DNA from: Eledone cirrhosa
Taxonomy: Eukaryota
Reading direction: 5' to 3'
NCBI GenBank assembly: GCA_964016885.1
Contig: OZ024749.1
Span: 6,882,001 to 6,946,000, forward strand
Length of the DNA stretch: 64,000 bases
In this document: piece by piece, positions 11,754 to 24,576 of the stretch
How the letters are laid out: each line of letters opens with the position of its first letter
Position numbering within the stretch: the stretch's first letter is position 1
The notes under the pieces: model-generated
Databases searched by the model: none
The model's input: only the letters and a program-made list of their open reading frames with translations
What the model was told of the DNA's origin: nothing
Program-made: the position numbers and the translations under genes

Positions 11754-12128
11754 GGAGGCATATGGCTTAGTGGTTAGAGCATTGGCCTTGCAATCCAAAT
11801 GGTGTGAGTTCAATTCTCGGACCGGGTGATGTGTTGTTTCCTTGAGCAAGACACTTTATTTCACATTGCTCCAGTTTACTCAGCTGTAAAAATGAGGACT
11901 GGGGTCCCTATCATTCCACTGGTCGTGGAGGTGCCACAGCAAAAAAGCACCCAGCCCACACTGTAAAGTGGACATGTAGGTGCCACGGAAAAAAAGCACC
12001 CAGCACTCACTGTAAATGAGGTTGGTGTTAGGAAGGGCATCCAGCTGTAGAAATCAACCCAGAATCAGTTCCCGTCCCACCCTTGCAAGCAGGGAAAAGC
12101 GGACATAAAATAATGATGATGATGATGA
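11754..12128 (+). mobile_element. tRNA-derived SINE, family B (CORE-like centre, RTE-derived tail)
   Basis: A box TGGCTTAGTGG, B box GAGTTCAATTC, central ccttgagcaagacactt..ctcagctgtaaaaatgag, and 3' cccgtcccacccttgcaagcagggaaaagcgga(ATG)n shared with the LINE end. Contains an internal dimer of the 48-bp module. Confidence 0.88.
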
Positions 12129-12773
12129 TTTCTCTAATTCAATGAACCAGCATTGCCACTATAGCATGCTGACTCTCCCTGAGAATTATGTTAAGGATAC
12201 ACATGTTTGTAAAATGCACGTTAATGTCATGAGCAGGTTGTTCAATTTATCAAATAACTGGAACACTCATCGTTGCAAGTGACAGAGGTCCAACATGTTT
12301 GACGCACACACTCACACACACTCACATATATATATGACATATTAAAATTAAATGAGAAAACCCTCTAATTCTGGGAGTATAAACAAGATAATTGAAAACA
12401 ATGTTCCATCTAACTTCTCTTATATATACATCTCCCTCCCATGAAACTAATTAACTTTTAATTAATATATATATTGTGAAGGCGGATGGCTGAGTGGTTA
12501 GAGAATTGGATTTGCAATTGTGAGGTTGTAAGTTCAATTCCTTGATTGGGTGATGCGTTATGTCCTTGAGCAAGACACATTTTCATGTTGCTCTTTCTGC
12601 CTGATTTGCGACCGACAGATAGTATTAGCAATTAGAAAGACCAATGGAAACAGAGTTTACTCGGTCCAATTTGTCGAGCTCCTCCTCATTCGTTAAGAGA
12701 ATGAGGTCTGGGATCTTGTTGATTGACTGTCGATATATATATGTATATATCATCATCATCATTTTGCGTCCCC

Positions 12774-13098
12774 TTAGTGGTTAGAGCATTGGGCTTGCAA
12801 TTGAAAGGTTGTGAATTCAAATCTCAGACTGGGTGATGTGTTGTTTCCTTGAGCAAGACACTTTATTTCACATTGCTCCAGTTTCCTCAGCTGTAGAAAT
12901 GAGATGATAAGGACTGGGGTGCCTATCATTCCACTGCAAAGTGGTCGTGGAGGTGCCACGGCAAAAAAGCACCCAGCACTCACTGTAAAATGAGGTTGGT
13001 GCTAGGAAGGGCATCTAGCTGTAGAAATCAAGCCAAAATCAGTTCCCGTCCCACCCTTGCAAGCAGGGAAAAGCGGACGTAAAATGATGATGATGATT
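12774..13098 (+). mobile_element. SINE family B
   Basis: Same as 11754, missing only the first few bases. Confidence 0.88.
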
Positions 13099-13362
13099 TT
13101 CCCTGCTTGCAAGGGTGGGACGGGTCCTATTCAGCACAGCATCTCTCCACTTGTCACGGTCCTTTGTCATCTCCACCGTGAGCTTCAGCGATCTGTGGTC
13201 AGCTCTCACCACCTCCACTCATGTTTTTCGTGGTCTTCCTCTACTGCGTCTTCCTTCAACGGGCATTTCTTGGCACTTCTTTACCCAGCGGTCATCCTCC
13301 ATGCACATCACATGTACATACCATCTCAGTCTCCTCTCCCGCACACTACAGCTTATCCCTCT
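13096..13362 (-). mobile_element. RTE LINE 3' fragment, tail-to-tail with the SINE
   Basis: Reverse complement of the LINE 3' end at about 20080-20340. Confidence 0.85.
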
Positions 13363-13606
13363 TAAATGTCAGACTGAATATATGACGACCAAAACACTAT
13401 AGAAAGGTTAGCAATCAAACAAAGACAATGCAGACTAGAGAGGGTTCTTTAGTCTTGTCATGACAACCTCTCTAGTGCTGGTGCCATGATAAAGAGCACC
13501 CACTACAGTTTGCATTGTCATCAGCATTGGGAAGGGTACCTAATAATAGAAACGATGCCAAAAATGGAATGTATGAGCAAGACATGATTCTCAAACTATA
13601 GTAATG

Positions 13607-13976
13607 GTTTCTTATATAGGCACAAGGCCAGTAATTTGGGGGGAGGGGAAGCCGATTAAATTGACCCCAGTGCGTGACTGGTACTTTATTTTATCGACCC
13701 CGTAAGGATGAAAGGCAAAGTTAACCTCGACAGGATTTGAACTCAAATCGTAAAAGGATGTAACTATGCTGGAAAGCATGTCCGACCCTCTACCGATACT
13801 ATAATAATTGTTTCTACTTTAGGCACAAGGCCAGCAATTACCCAGTGCATTAGTGGTACTTTATTTTATCGACCCCGTAAGGATGAAAGGCAAAGTCAAC
13901 CTCGACGGGATTTGAACTCAGATCGTAAAAGGACGTAACTATGCTGGAAAGCATGTCCGACCCTCTACCGATACTA
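13607..13976 (-). mobile_element. Two tandem SINE family A copies
   Basis: 13607-13800 and 13808-13976, both ending ccctctaccgatactataataat. Confidence 0.85.
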
Positions 13977-14189
13977 TAATAATGAGTCCACCATAGGAGG
14001 CTGGGAAATAGATGTAAAATAATATGTTGATAATGATATCATCATAATTTAACATCTGCTTTCTCTACCGGTAGGGTTAAGATGGGTTATCACTGACCTC
14101 TGAGATGGGCCAAGGGCCACATCAAGTTTACATATGTTCTTGTACTCCACACAGTGTCTAAAGTCTGTCTTAAGCCAGAAGGCTCATTT

Positions 14190-14428
14190 GGCTGGTGCTT
14201 ATCCCAGTTTCATGGCGTGAAGCGACTGAGAGTACAAGACTCCCCTCTGGACAGGATGCCAGTCCATCACAGAGTTATACCCTCAGCTATTGCTGGTACT
14301 CATTTTAAGCTGAGTATACTGGAGCAATGTTAAATGAAGTGTTTTGCTCAAGAACACAACACGCAATCCAGCCAAGGCATCGAACCCACAGCATTATGAT
14401 CATAAGTCCAACACTCTTACCACTAGGC
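14190..14428 (-). mobile_element. Third tRNA-derived SINE, degenerate
   Basis: Minus strand reads ggcctagtggtaagagtgttggac..ggttcgatgcc (A/B boxes), then tgttcttgagcaaaacactt..ctcagcttaaaatgagtaccag. Confidence 0.65.
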
Positions 14429-14961
14429 CCCAGAGTATACTGGGTGCATTTTATCCTGACACCAACACTAAGGAGATTGCCATGTCTCTGACACAACTGA
14501 AGAGTCATTTGCACTCATGTTCTAGCAACTGCACTACAGCCAGATGCCCTTCCTATCACCAACTGCACTACAGCCAGATGCCCTTCCTATCACCAACTCT
14601 GCACTACAGTATACTGGATGTGTTTTGTCATGTCAGCTGCAATAGAGAGCTTGTTCTCTTGCCACTACTGCAGAGACTACTCAACCATTTTTTGGCATGA
14701 TTTCTACAGCTGGATGGTCTTCTTCTCACCAATAACCTTTGAAGGTGTACTGGAGGAATTTTTCATGGCACCAGCACTAGAAAAGTTATTGTATCTTCAC
14801 TGAAGGGTCCTCTCAACCCTTTTTTTTTTAGCATGGCTTCTATGGTTTTAAATATTAGGGTCATAAACTGTGGTAACATTAAATGGTAGCAGGGGATACA
14901 GTTGATAGTGTGACAGGATTCAATTCATGTTGCCTATTGATGGTTAGTATGTGTTTCGTAA

Positions 14962-15600
14962 CCCTTCAGCATTTAAACCGGCTATATCCGGCCAGAATTC
15001 TCTCCCATCTTTCTGTAAAATTGGTCTTAACTGGCCACTCATTCTGATATTAAGGTATTGTTTTCAAAATAGATAATATAAAAATTTTATAGATTTGATA
15101 TTATGTGAAGTAAAGCCTTTACCGTGAAAATACAATAGTAAATATAGAGTAATGTAAATGTTATGTGAGATATTATGTGAGGTAAAGCCTTTACCGTGAA
15201 AATACAATAGTATATATAGAGTAATGTAAATGTTATGTGAGATATTATGTGAGGTAAAGCCTTTACTGTGAAAATACAATAGTATATATAGAGTAATGTA
15301 AATGTTATGTGAGATATTATGTGAAGTAAAGCCTTTACCGTGAAAATACAATAGTATATATAGAGTAATGTAAATGTTATGCGAGATATTATGTGAGGTA
15401 AAGCCTTTACCGTGAAAATACAATAGTATATATAGAGTAATGTAAATGTTATGTGAGATATTATGTGAGGTAAAGCCTTTACTGTGAAAATACAATAGTA
15501 TATATAGAGTAATGTAAATGCTATGTGAGATATTATGTGAGGTAAAGCCTTTACTGTGAAAATACAATAGTATATATAGAGTAATGTAAATGCTAATGGG
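14962..15600 (+). mobile_element. piggyBac-type MITE with an internal 72-bp tandem expansion
   Basis: TIRs cccttcagcattt / aaatgctaatggg followed by TTAA. About 7 copies of a 72-bp unit at 15098-15592. Confidence 0.8.
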
Positions 15601-16399
15601 TTAATCTTAGAAAAAGACAGGACACATTGGACAATGTAGTTTCTGATATACTAAAATATGGTTGGTTATTATTGAAATGCTTTTGATGGTAGGTCTATTA
15701 CTCAAACAGGGCTGATCTGGAGTCAAACAACAACAACAATACCAATTGACTGTTAACTTTATTGATACCTAGCACACTAGAAAAAAACAAAAAAAAACAA
15801 GCTGGACCCCTCAAATGTATTAGAAACTATGACAAAACAGATTCAGTATACTCTGTCGAGTAGTGGGTGGTAGGAAGGGCATCCAGCTGTAAAAACGGTG
15901 CTAAAAAATTAGTGCAAATGACTTTTCAGTTGTGTCAATGACGTGACAATCCCCTTACTGCTGGCGTCAGGATAAAATACACCCAGTACACTCTGTATAC
16001 AAGAACATATGTAAGATAGATGTGGCCCTTGGCCGAGTGTCAACCGTCACAAGCCTTGCTGCAAAAGTTTAGTCTGGCAGCAGTGTTCTAACCCTTAAGC
16101 CATCAAGTGTAGCTCTTAGCTAAATGTTTGCATAATAACAAAAAATGTAAATAAATATATTTTAACAAAAATGAACAAAACTTTTAGTTTTTAAATCTTT
16201 TCTTTGTCAGAACAATACATAAAGAGTTTGCATCACATTCTTGTAGATTGAAATAAAATCTACATCTAATTACTAGAACATAATCTACATATAATTAATA
16301 AAGCAGGGGGGGGGGGGGGGGATATATAAATTACATTTTAATTGTTCGTACTTCTTCACAATTTGAAACATTGACAACTGGTCATTGTTTTCATTCTCA

Positions 16400-16960
16400 T
16401 TTCTTGTCATTCAGCTTCCTCTTGATCTTTATTTTCTTCTTCTTCTCCTTCCCTCCTTTGCTCTTACTTCTCCCTCTTATTCTTTCTTTCCTTCTTCCTC
16501 TTCTCCTCCTACACCCTTCTCTTCCCCTCCCCTTCCTCGTATTCTTTCTTTTCTCCTCCTCCTACATCCTTCTCCATCCTCCTTCTCTTTGCTCTCCTTT
16601 CTCCCTCTTATTCTTTCTTTTCTTCTTCATCTTCTCTTCTCTTCTCCCTCTTATTCTTTCTTCTTCTCCCCTCTTATTCTTCGCTCTCTATTCCTCCTTG
16701 TTCTCATCCCTCCACTTCCACCCTCCCCCTTTATCCTCTGTCTCTCTCTCTTCTCTAATCCTCTGTCTCTCTCTCCCCTAATCCTCTCTCTCTCTCCTAA
16801 TCATCTCTCTCACTCTCCCCTAATCCTTTCTCTCTCTCTCTCCCCTAATCCTCTGTCTCTCTCTATCCCCCTAATCCTCTCTCTCCCCTAATCCTCTCTC
16901 TCTCTCCCCTAATCCTCTGTCTCTCTCCTATCACCCCCTCCCCTACCTTACTCTCCCCCA
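16400..16960. repeat. CT-rich low-complexity tract
   Basis: Polypyrimidine run ending in ctctcccctaatc repeats. Confidence 0.85.
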
Positions 16961-17391
16961 CACCTATCACCAATATTTAACCAACAGCAACAACTCATGT
17001 CCAAAAATCTGCTTCCATTTCAATAAGGTAATTACTTTAATTAAAGCATTTAAATAGAAAATTATGAACAACTCCTGAACTTACATTAATGGTGAGACGA
17101 GAGAGATAGAGAGGCAGAGATAGAGAGAGAGAGGGCGAGGGAGAGAGAGAGAGAAAGAGAGAGAAGGACACACACAGAGAAAGACAGTAATTTGTTATGG
17201 AAACTCTCAGAAATTTCCCAACATTCAACATTCTATTTTCTTCTATCTTCTTTTTCTCTTTCTTTGTCTCAATCTTTCTATTTTTATCTGATTTTATTAG
17301 TTTTTTTGTTTGTCATATTTTGCATATTGTTGTCAATTTCGCTTCAATTACTTCTGTTCCGCATCTGAGGGGTGTGTGTGTGTGTGGGTGT

Positions 17392-20365
17392 GTGCTGCGT
17401 GCAAGAGGTGAGATGGAGAGGTGCCTCTGTGAGACTAGTCGCAGGCAAACGTCTTAGCTACAAGCTTTTCTGGGTAGGTAAGGAAGATGGGTTACGGGGA
17501 GTAGGCATTTTCCTGGCTGAGAGCTGGATCAATAAGACAATAGAGGTAGTTCAAGTTAATAATCGAATAATTAAGCTTAGATTAATTGTAGGTAGGAGAC
17601 TACTGACAATCATTTCTGCCTATGCTCCCCAAGCAGGCCTAGGCAAAGAAGAGAAAGACTGCTTTTATGAGCAACTTTTACAAACAACCGCAATGACAGA
17701 GGACGGAGACATCATTATGCTAGTGCAGGGGACTTCAATGGTCACGTTGGACAGCTCCAAGATGATTACACTGGGGTACATGGTAGGCACGGTTACGGCT
17801 CAAGGAATGAAGAAGGAGTGAGACTTCTTCAATTTTGTGATGCAAGTACACTAACTTCCAGAAACCTGCCAACCACCTAATAACCTACAAATCAGGCAAG
17901 CACATAAGCCAGATTGACTTCTTACTAATTAGGCAATGGGACAGGCAGATGGTGTCAAATACCAAGGCATACCCTGGGGAAGAATGTACCCCACAGCATA
18001 GGTTAGTCGTTAGTGATAACTCAGTAAGCAAGAGACGGAATGAGACATACAGGAAGGTGTGGAGAAGAAAGGTCTGGAAGCTAAAAGACCTTTCACTAAA
18101 ATACAAATTTAGGAAAGCCCTTCAAGATGTGTATGACGAAAAAGAAGATGATTTAGAGTTATATGACATAGATGGTAACTGGAATTTCTTACGTGACAAC
18201 TTACTTCAGGCTACTGATGAAACTTGTGTTTCATCAGTAGCCTGAAGTAAGACAGAGAGTGACCTGGTGGTAGAACAGCACAGTAGATGGGGCCATTAGA
18301 GACAAAAGACTAGCATGGAAGGCTTGGAAAAAGGGTGGGAGTAGGGAAAGATATACAGCCGCTAGGAGAGAAGCTAGACGTCAAGTGTAATTAACACGCA
18401 GGGAGGCTGAGAGTAGAAGGTTTGCCAATGTTCTGCAACGGGAAGATCAGAGACGTGCGGTGTTCCACATTGCAAGGCAGTGTGTCAATGCAAATCAGGA
18501 TGTTGTTGGAGATAAATGTGTCCGGAATGATGCCGGTGTACTTAGTGTCAGGAATGATCAGAAAAAGGAGGCCTGGAAATGTCATTATGAGAGACTGACG
18601 AATGTGGAGAACGAATGGGAGAGAAATTACCCTCAGTAGATCCGGCAGAGGGATCAGCTATTGAGATTGACAAATATAGTGTCCAAGAGGCGATTAAGGA
18701 AATGAAAAAAGGGAAGGCCGCTGGACAATCGGGGATAGTTGCTGAGATGCTGAAGGCATCAGGGGACATAGGCACTAAACTGGTTGCACGCATCATCAAT
18801 CAAGCTATATATGGTGGTGTCATACACAAAAATTGGTGTAGCAGTATACTCATAAATTGCTCCAAAGGTAAAGGGGATGCTCTGGAGAGGAGCAATTATA
18901 GTGGTATAAAACTGATGGATCAGGTTATGAAAGTGGCAGAAAGGATATTAGCACAACTAATTAGAGAAAGGGTCAAACTAGATGAGATGCAGTTTGGTTT
19001 TGTGCCTGGGAAAAGTACAACAGATGCCCTCTTCTTGGTGAGACAATTACAAGAGAGGTTCTTAGAGAAAAATAAGCCACTATACTTAGCTTTTGTTGAC
19101 CTAGAGAAGGCCTTTGATAGGGTACCCTGATCTGTCCTCTGGTGGTCCCTAAGGAAACTAGGTGTTGAGGAATGGCTTGTGAGGACAGTGCAAACTTTGT
19201 ACAGAGGTGTTGTCAGGTAAGTCAGGGAAGGAATGGGGTTTAGTGAGGAATTCCAGATACAAGTAGGGGTACATCAGGGTTTTGTCACCAGTCCGCTCTT
19301 GTTCATTATAGTCCTCCAAGACATAACAGAGGAGTTTAAGACTGGCTGTCCATGGGAACTTCTCTATGCTGACGATCTAGTTCTTATAGCAGAATCAGTA
19401 GAGGAGCTAGAGAATAAATTCTGGCTATGGAAACAGCAGTTGGAATCAAGAGGACTGAGAGTGAACCTAGCTAAGACAAAAGTGTTGATGAGTAGAAAAG
19501 AGGACAAAACTCTGATACCATAAGGGAAATGGCCATGTTCGATATGCAGAAAAGGAACTGGCATAAATTCTATAAAATGCACACAATGCAGATCTTGGGT
19601 ACACAACAGATGTAGTGGGATAGCAGGCAAACTAACAGGTAGGGAAAAATACATATGCAGTAGATATACAGGGAAGTTAGACAGTAGAAATTGCATTGAT
19701 AGACACATTTTTCAAATGCAGGTGGGTGCTATAGAAGTGGTTGATAGCTTCCGGTACCTAGGTGATCAGATTGGCATGAGAGGGGGTGGGGTGTGTTCTG
19801 AGGCCATAGTATCTAGAATAAGGACGGGTTGGAAGAAGTTTAGGGAGCTGCTTCCTCTGTTGATGAAGAAGGGTTTCTCCCTGCGTACGAAAGGGCGGTT
19901 ATATGATGCCTGTGTGAGGAGCGCGATGCTGCATGGTAGTGAGACATGGGCAGCAACTACAGAGGATATGCGACGGCTGGAGAGAATTGAGGCAAACATG
20001 CTCCGTTGGATGTGCAATGTCACTGTGTGTGAATGACTGAGCATGGAATGTGTTGAGAGAGAAACTGTGTCTGCGAGGGATAGATTGTAGTGTGCGCGAG
20101 ATGAGACTACGATGGTATGGACATGTGATGTGAATGGAGGATGACTGATGGGTGAAGAAGTGCCAGGAAATGCCAGTTGAAGGAAGACGTGGTAGAGGTA
20201 GACCACGAAAAGCATGGGCAGAGGTGGTGAGAGCAGACCTCAGATCAAAGCTCACGGTGGAGATGACGAAGGACTGTGACAAGTGGAGAGATGCTGTGCT
20301 GAATACGACCCGTCCCACCCTTGCAAGCAGGGAAAAGCGGATGTAAAATGATGGTGATGATGATG
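17392..20365 (+). mobile_element. Near full-length decayed RTE-clade LINE (APE endonuclease + RT)
   Basis: Motifs CVQEVRW, GVGIFL, ISAYAPQ, QFGFVPGKSTTDA, AFVDLEKAFDRVP, GVHQG, LLYADDL, FRYLG and GRPRKAW. Many stops and frameshifts. (ATG)n tail. Confidence 0.95.
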
Positions 20366-20366
20366 A

Positions 20367-20431
<65 letters not shown>

Positions 20432-20559
20432 GAGAGAGAATAAGAGTGGGAGAGAAAGCAAGAGAAATATGGGGGTAAAATAATAGGATAAAATATGGGA
20501 GTGAGAGATATGGTGGGACATTATGGAGAACATTTTGTGGGGTTATGTAGTGCGTATTG

Positions 20560-22920
20560 TTGGGATTATGTAGTACATCTTGTGAGGTTATGGAGTACAT
20601 CTTGTGAGGTTATGGAGTACATCTTGTGAGGTTATGGAGTACATCTTGTGAGGTTATGGAGTACATCTTGTGAGGTTATGGAGTACATCTTGTGAGGTTA
20701 TGGAGTACATCTTGTGAGGTTATGGAGTACATCTTGTGAGGTTATGGAGTACATCTAGTGAGGTTATGGAGTACATCTTGTGAGGATATGGAGTACATCT
20801 TGTGGGGATATGGAGTAGATATTGTGGGGATATGGAGTAGATATTGTGGGGATATGGAGCACATCTTGTGGGATTATGGAATAGATCTTGTGAGGTTATG
20901 GAGTACATCTTGTGAGGTTATGGGGTACATCTTATGGAGTTATGGAGTACATCTAGTGAGGTTATGGTGTATACCTTGTGGGGTTATGGTGTACATCTTG
21001 TGTGGTTATGGAGTACATCTTCTGAGGTTATGGGGTGCATCTTGTGAGGTTATGGAGTACACCTTGTGAAGTTATGGTGTATATCTTGTGAGGTTATGGT
21101 GTATATCTTGTGAGGTTATGGTGTACATCTTGTGAGGTTATGGAGTACACCTTGTGGGGTTATGGAGTACACCTTGTGGGGTTATGGTGTACATCTTGTA
21201 GAGTTATGGTGTACATCTTGTGGGGTTATGGTGTACATCTTGTAGGGTTATAGTGTACATATTGTGGGGTTATGGAGTACATCTTGTGGGGTTATGGAGT
21301 ACATCTTGTGGGGTTATGGAGTACATCTTGTGGGGTTATGGAGTACATCTTGTGGGGTTATGGTGTACATTTTGTAGAGTTATGGTGTACATCTTGTGGG
21401 GTTATGGTGTACATCTTGTAGGGTTATAGTGTACATATTGTGGGGTTATGGAGTATATCTTGTGGGGTTATGGAGTACATCTTGTGAGGTTATGGGGTAC
21501 ATGTGGGGTTATGGAGTACATGTTGTGAGGTTATGGAGTACATCTTGTGAGGTTATGGTGTACATCTTGTGAGGTTATGGTGTACATCTTGTGAGGTTAT
21601 GGTGTACATCTTGTGAGGTTATGGTGTACATCTTGTGAGGTTATGGTGTACATCTTGTGAGGTTATGGTGTACATCTTGTGAGGTTATGGCATACACCTT
21701 GTGGCGTTATGGTGTACATCTTGTAGGGTTATGGTGTACATCTTGTGAGGTTATGGTGTACATCTTGTGAGGTTAAGGTGTACATCTTGTGAGGTTATGG
21801 TGTACATCTTGTGAGGTTATGTAGTACATCTTGTGGGGTTCTGGTGTACATCTTGTGGCGTTATGGCGTACATCTTGTGGCGTTATGGTGTACATCTTGT
21901 AGGGTTATGGTGTACATATTGTAGGGTTATGGTGTACATCTTGTAGGGTTATGGTGTACATCTTGTGGGGTTATGGTTTACATCTTGTGGCGTTATGGTG
22001 AACATCTTGTAGGGTTATGGTGTACATCTTGTAGGGTTATGGTGTACATCTTGTAGGGTTATGGTGTACATCTTGTGAGGTTATGGTGTACATCTTGTGA
22101 GGTTATGGTGTACATCTTGTGGGGTTCTGGTGTACATATTGTAGGGTTATGGTGTACATCTTGTGGGGTTATGGAGTACATCTTGTGGGGTTATGGTGTA
22201 CATCTTGTAGGGTTATGGTGTACATCTTGTAGGGTTATGGTGTACATCTTGTAGGGTTATGGTGTACATCTTGTAGGGTTATGGTGTACATCTTGTGGGG
22301 TTATGGTTTACATCTTGTGGGGTTATGGTTTACATCTTGTGGCGTTATGGTGAACATCTTGTAGGGTTATGGTGTACATCTTGTAAGGTTATGGTGTACA
22401 TATTGTGAGGTTATGGTGTACATCTTGTAGGGTTATGGTGTACATCTTGAGGGTTATAGTGTACATCTTGTGGGGTTATGGTGTACATCTTGAGGGTTAT
22501 AGTGTACATCTTGAGGGTTATAGTGTATATCTTGAGGGTTATAGTGTACATCTTGAGGGTTATAGTGTACATCTTGTGGGGTTATGGTGTACATCTTGTA
22601 GGATTATGGTGTACATCTTGTAGGGTTATGGTGTACATATTGTAGGATTATGGTGTACATCTTGTAGGGTTATGGTGTACATATTGTGAGGTTATGGTGT
22701 ACATCTTGTAGGGTTATGGTGTACATCTTGTGGGGTTATGGTATACATCTTGTGGGATTATGGTGTACATCTTTTGGGGTTATATAGTATATCTTTTGGG
22801 GTTACATCATACAACATTTGGGGGTTACGGAGTACATCTTGTGGGGTTATGTAGTACATTTTGTGGGGTTATGTAGTACATCTTGTTGGGGTTTTTAGTA
22901 CACCGTGAGGGTTATTTGGT
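20560..22920. repeat. 22-bp satellite, about 107 units
   Basis: Unit gttatgg(a/t)gtacatcttgt(ga/gg/ag)g. Confidence 0.95.
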
Positions 22921-23441
22921 ACATCATATATTCATATTATTATCATTACTATTATTATTTTTTCAAGTTTTTCCCTTTTCTTTCAAATTTTAACTAAAGA
23001 TCATGAAACAAAAATAAAAAGGAAATTATACAAAAAAAAGAAGATAAACCAAATTACATTACGTTCCAAAATTTTTCAGAATTTTTTTTTCTTCAGAAAA
23101 CAAAGAAGGAAATTACGAGAATCTTATTGGAAAGGAAATGAAAAACTATCTTTTTTTAGTCATTTTCTTTTTCCTTGTTTATATTTTTTTCGCCATCAGA
23201 GTAGATGGGAAGAGTCTGGAAAGGGTGGAATGTTAGGTAATGTGTTATAAGAAGATTTAATTAATGTATCACCTGGGTAGACTGTGTTTCGGTGGCTTCA
23301 ACATCTAAGGCATTCTTACGATTCTTCACTTCTTCAAGAAGATAATTTATTTGAAGATTCAGCTCCTACAGATAAGCAAGAGGAAAATAGTATATAACAT
23401 GGCTTCGCATTATGAGATATGGTGAAGAAACGGACACATGA

Positions 23442-23482
<41 letters not shown>

Positions 23483-23500
23483 CATACATATATATATGTA

Positions 23501-23544
<44 letters not shown>

Positions 23545-23756
23545 GATATATATATATATACATATATATATATGTATATGTATCTATATATATACATATA
23601 TATACATATATACACACACAAACATTATATATACACACACACACACATATATACTAGACTACCGATGACCCATTGGGTCACATTCACTTGAAAATAATTT
23701 TAAATAATTAGAATATAAACAGACATGTATATAATGTAAAATGAAATTGGAAGACC

Positions 23757-23802
<46 letters not shown>

Positions 23803-23859
23803 TAAAAAAATAATGAATAAAACAATGAAACAGTTCCTTATATTAAACAAAAAAAGTTC

Positions 23860-24007
23860 ATTATTTAACGATCGTTTCTGGGATATATATGTGTTAGAAT
23901 TGGCATGTATATTTAACAGATCTATGTACAAAATTATACAAAATTATACAAACTATCAAAATTAAATATACATACCAACTCATATATATGCCGTCTTCAG
24001 AAATGAT
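23860..24007 (-). ncRNA. Hammerhead ribozyme (mirror of 24006-24153)
   Basis: Reverse complement of the + copy, with a slightly weaker helix I. Confidence 0.7.
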
Positions 24008-24153
24008 TATTTCTGAAGACGGCATATATATGAGTTGGTATGTATATTTAATTTTGATAGTTTGTATAATTTTGTATAATTTTGTACATAGATCTGTTAA
24101 ATATACATGCCAATTCTAACACATATATATCCCAGAAACGATCGTTAAATAAT
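24006..24153 (+). ncRNA. Type-I hammerhead ribozyme with extended helix II
   Basis: Helix I attattt/aaataat; CTGAAGA 24013-24019; long helix II including agttggtatgtatatttaa/ttaaatatacatgccaatt; GAAA 24135-24138; helix III palindrome AACGATCGTT; GUU 24144-24146. Confidence 0.78.
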
Positions 24154-24527
24154 GAACTTTTTTTGTTTAATATAAGGAACTGTTTCATTGTTTTATTCAT
24201 TATTTTTTTAATATTTTATCTTGACTCTGTATTCCGTTTATCTTTCACCGAAAGTGATTTTTCATTGCATCTCTTCTTTCCATGATATCCGGATTACATT
24301 GAGTTCTTCATACGGATTGGACACTACCGTAAACTCTTGGTAGATTTATCTACATATATATATATATATATATTTTTAAGTATACCTATATTTATATATG
24401 GTGAGTAATATTAAATATTACCCAGTTACAATATGAAGATAGCTCGAAGCAATATAACAAGTATAATACAGAGCTGAAATACAATGTAAATAATAATCAA
24501 AGAGTGTTTAATCTTTCAAATATTTAA

Positions 24528-24576
24528 TAACTAACGATCGTTTCATCCTAGCACCAGGCAGGTCTCTTGAGAGTTA
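24528..24576 (-). ncRNA. Degenerate hammerhead ribozyme
   Basis: Minus strand reads taact-CTCAAGA(G5 to C)-gacct..aggat-GAAAC-gatc-GTT-agtta. Helix I is taact/agtta. Confidence 0.55.

Larger units (their letters stand above)
23795..24355 (+). mobile_element. HHR-bearing foldback element between (TA)n tracts
   Basis: Inverted arms 23795-24004/24009-24218, then a ~137-nt unpaired tail to 24355. Same family at 62501-62860 and 63533-63625. Confidence 0.85.

Noticed and set aside
11754-11830. tRNA-like sequences with A and B boxes
   Set aside because: They are SINE heads that continue into SINE bodies, with no complete cloverleaf acceptor stem.
18214-18225. CTGATGA-AAC inside the LINE palindrome
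   Set aside because: It is LINE coding sequence (ATDET) with no helix II, so the match is coincidental.
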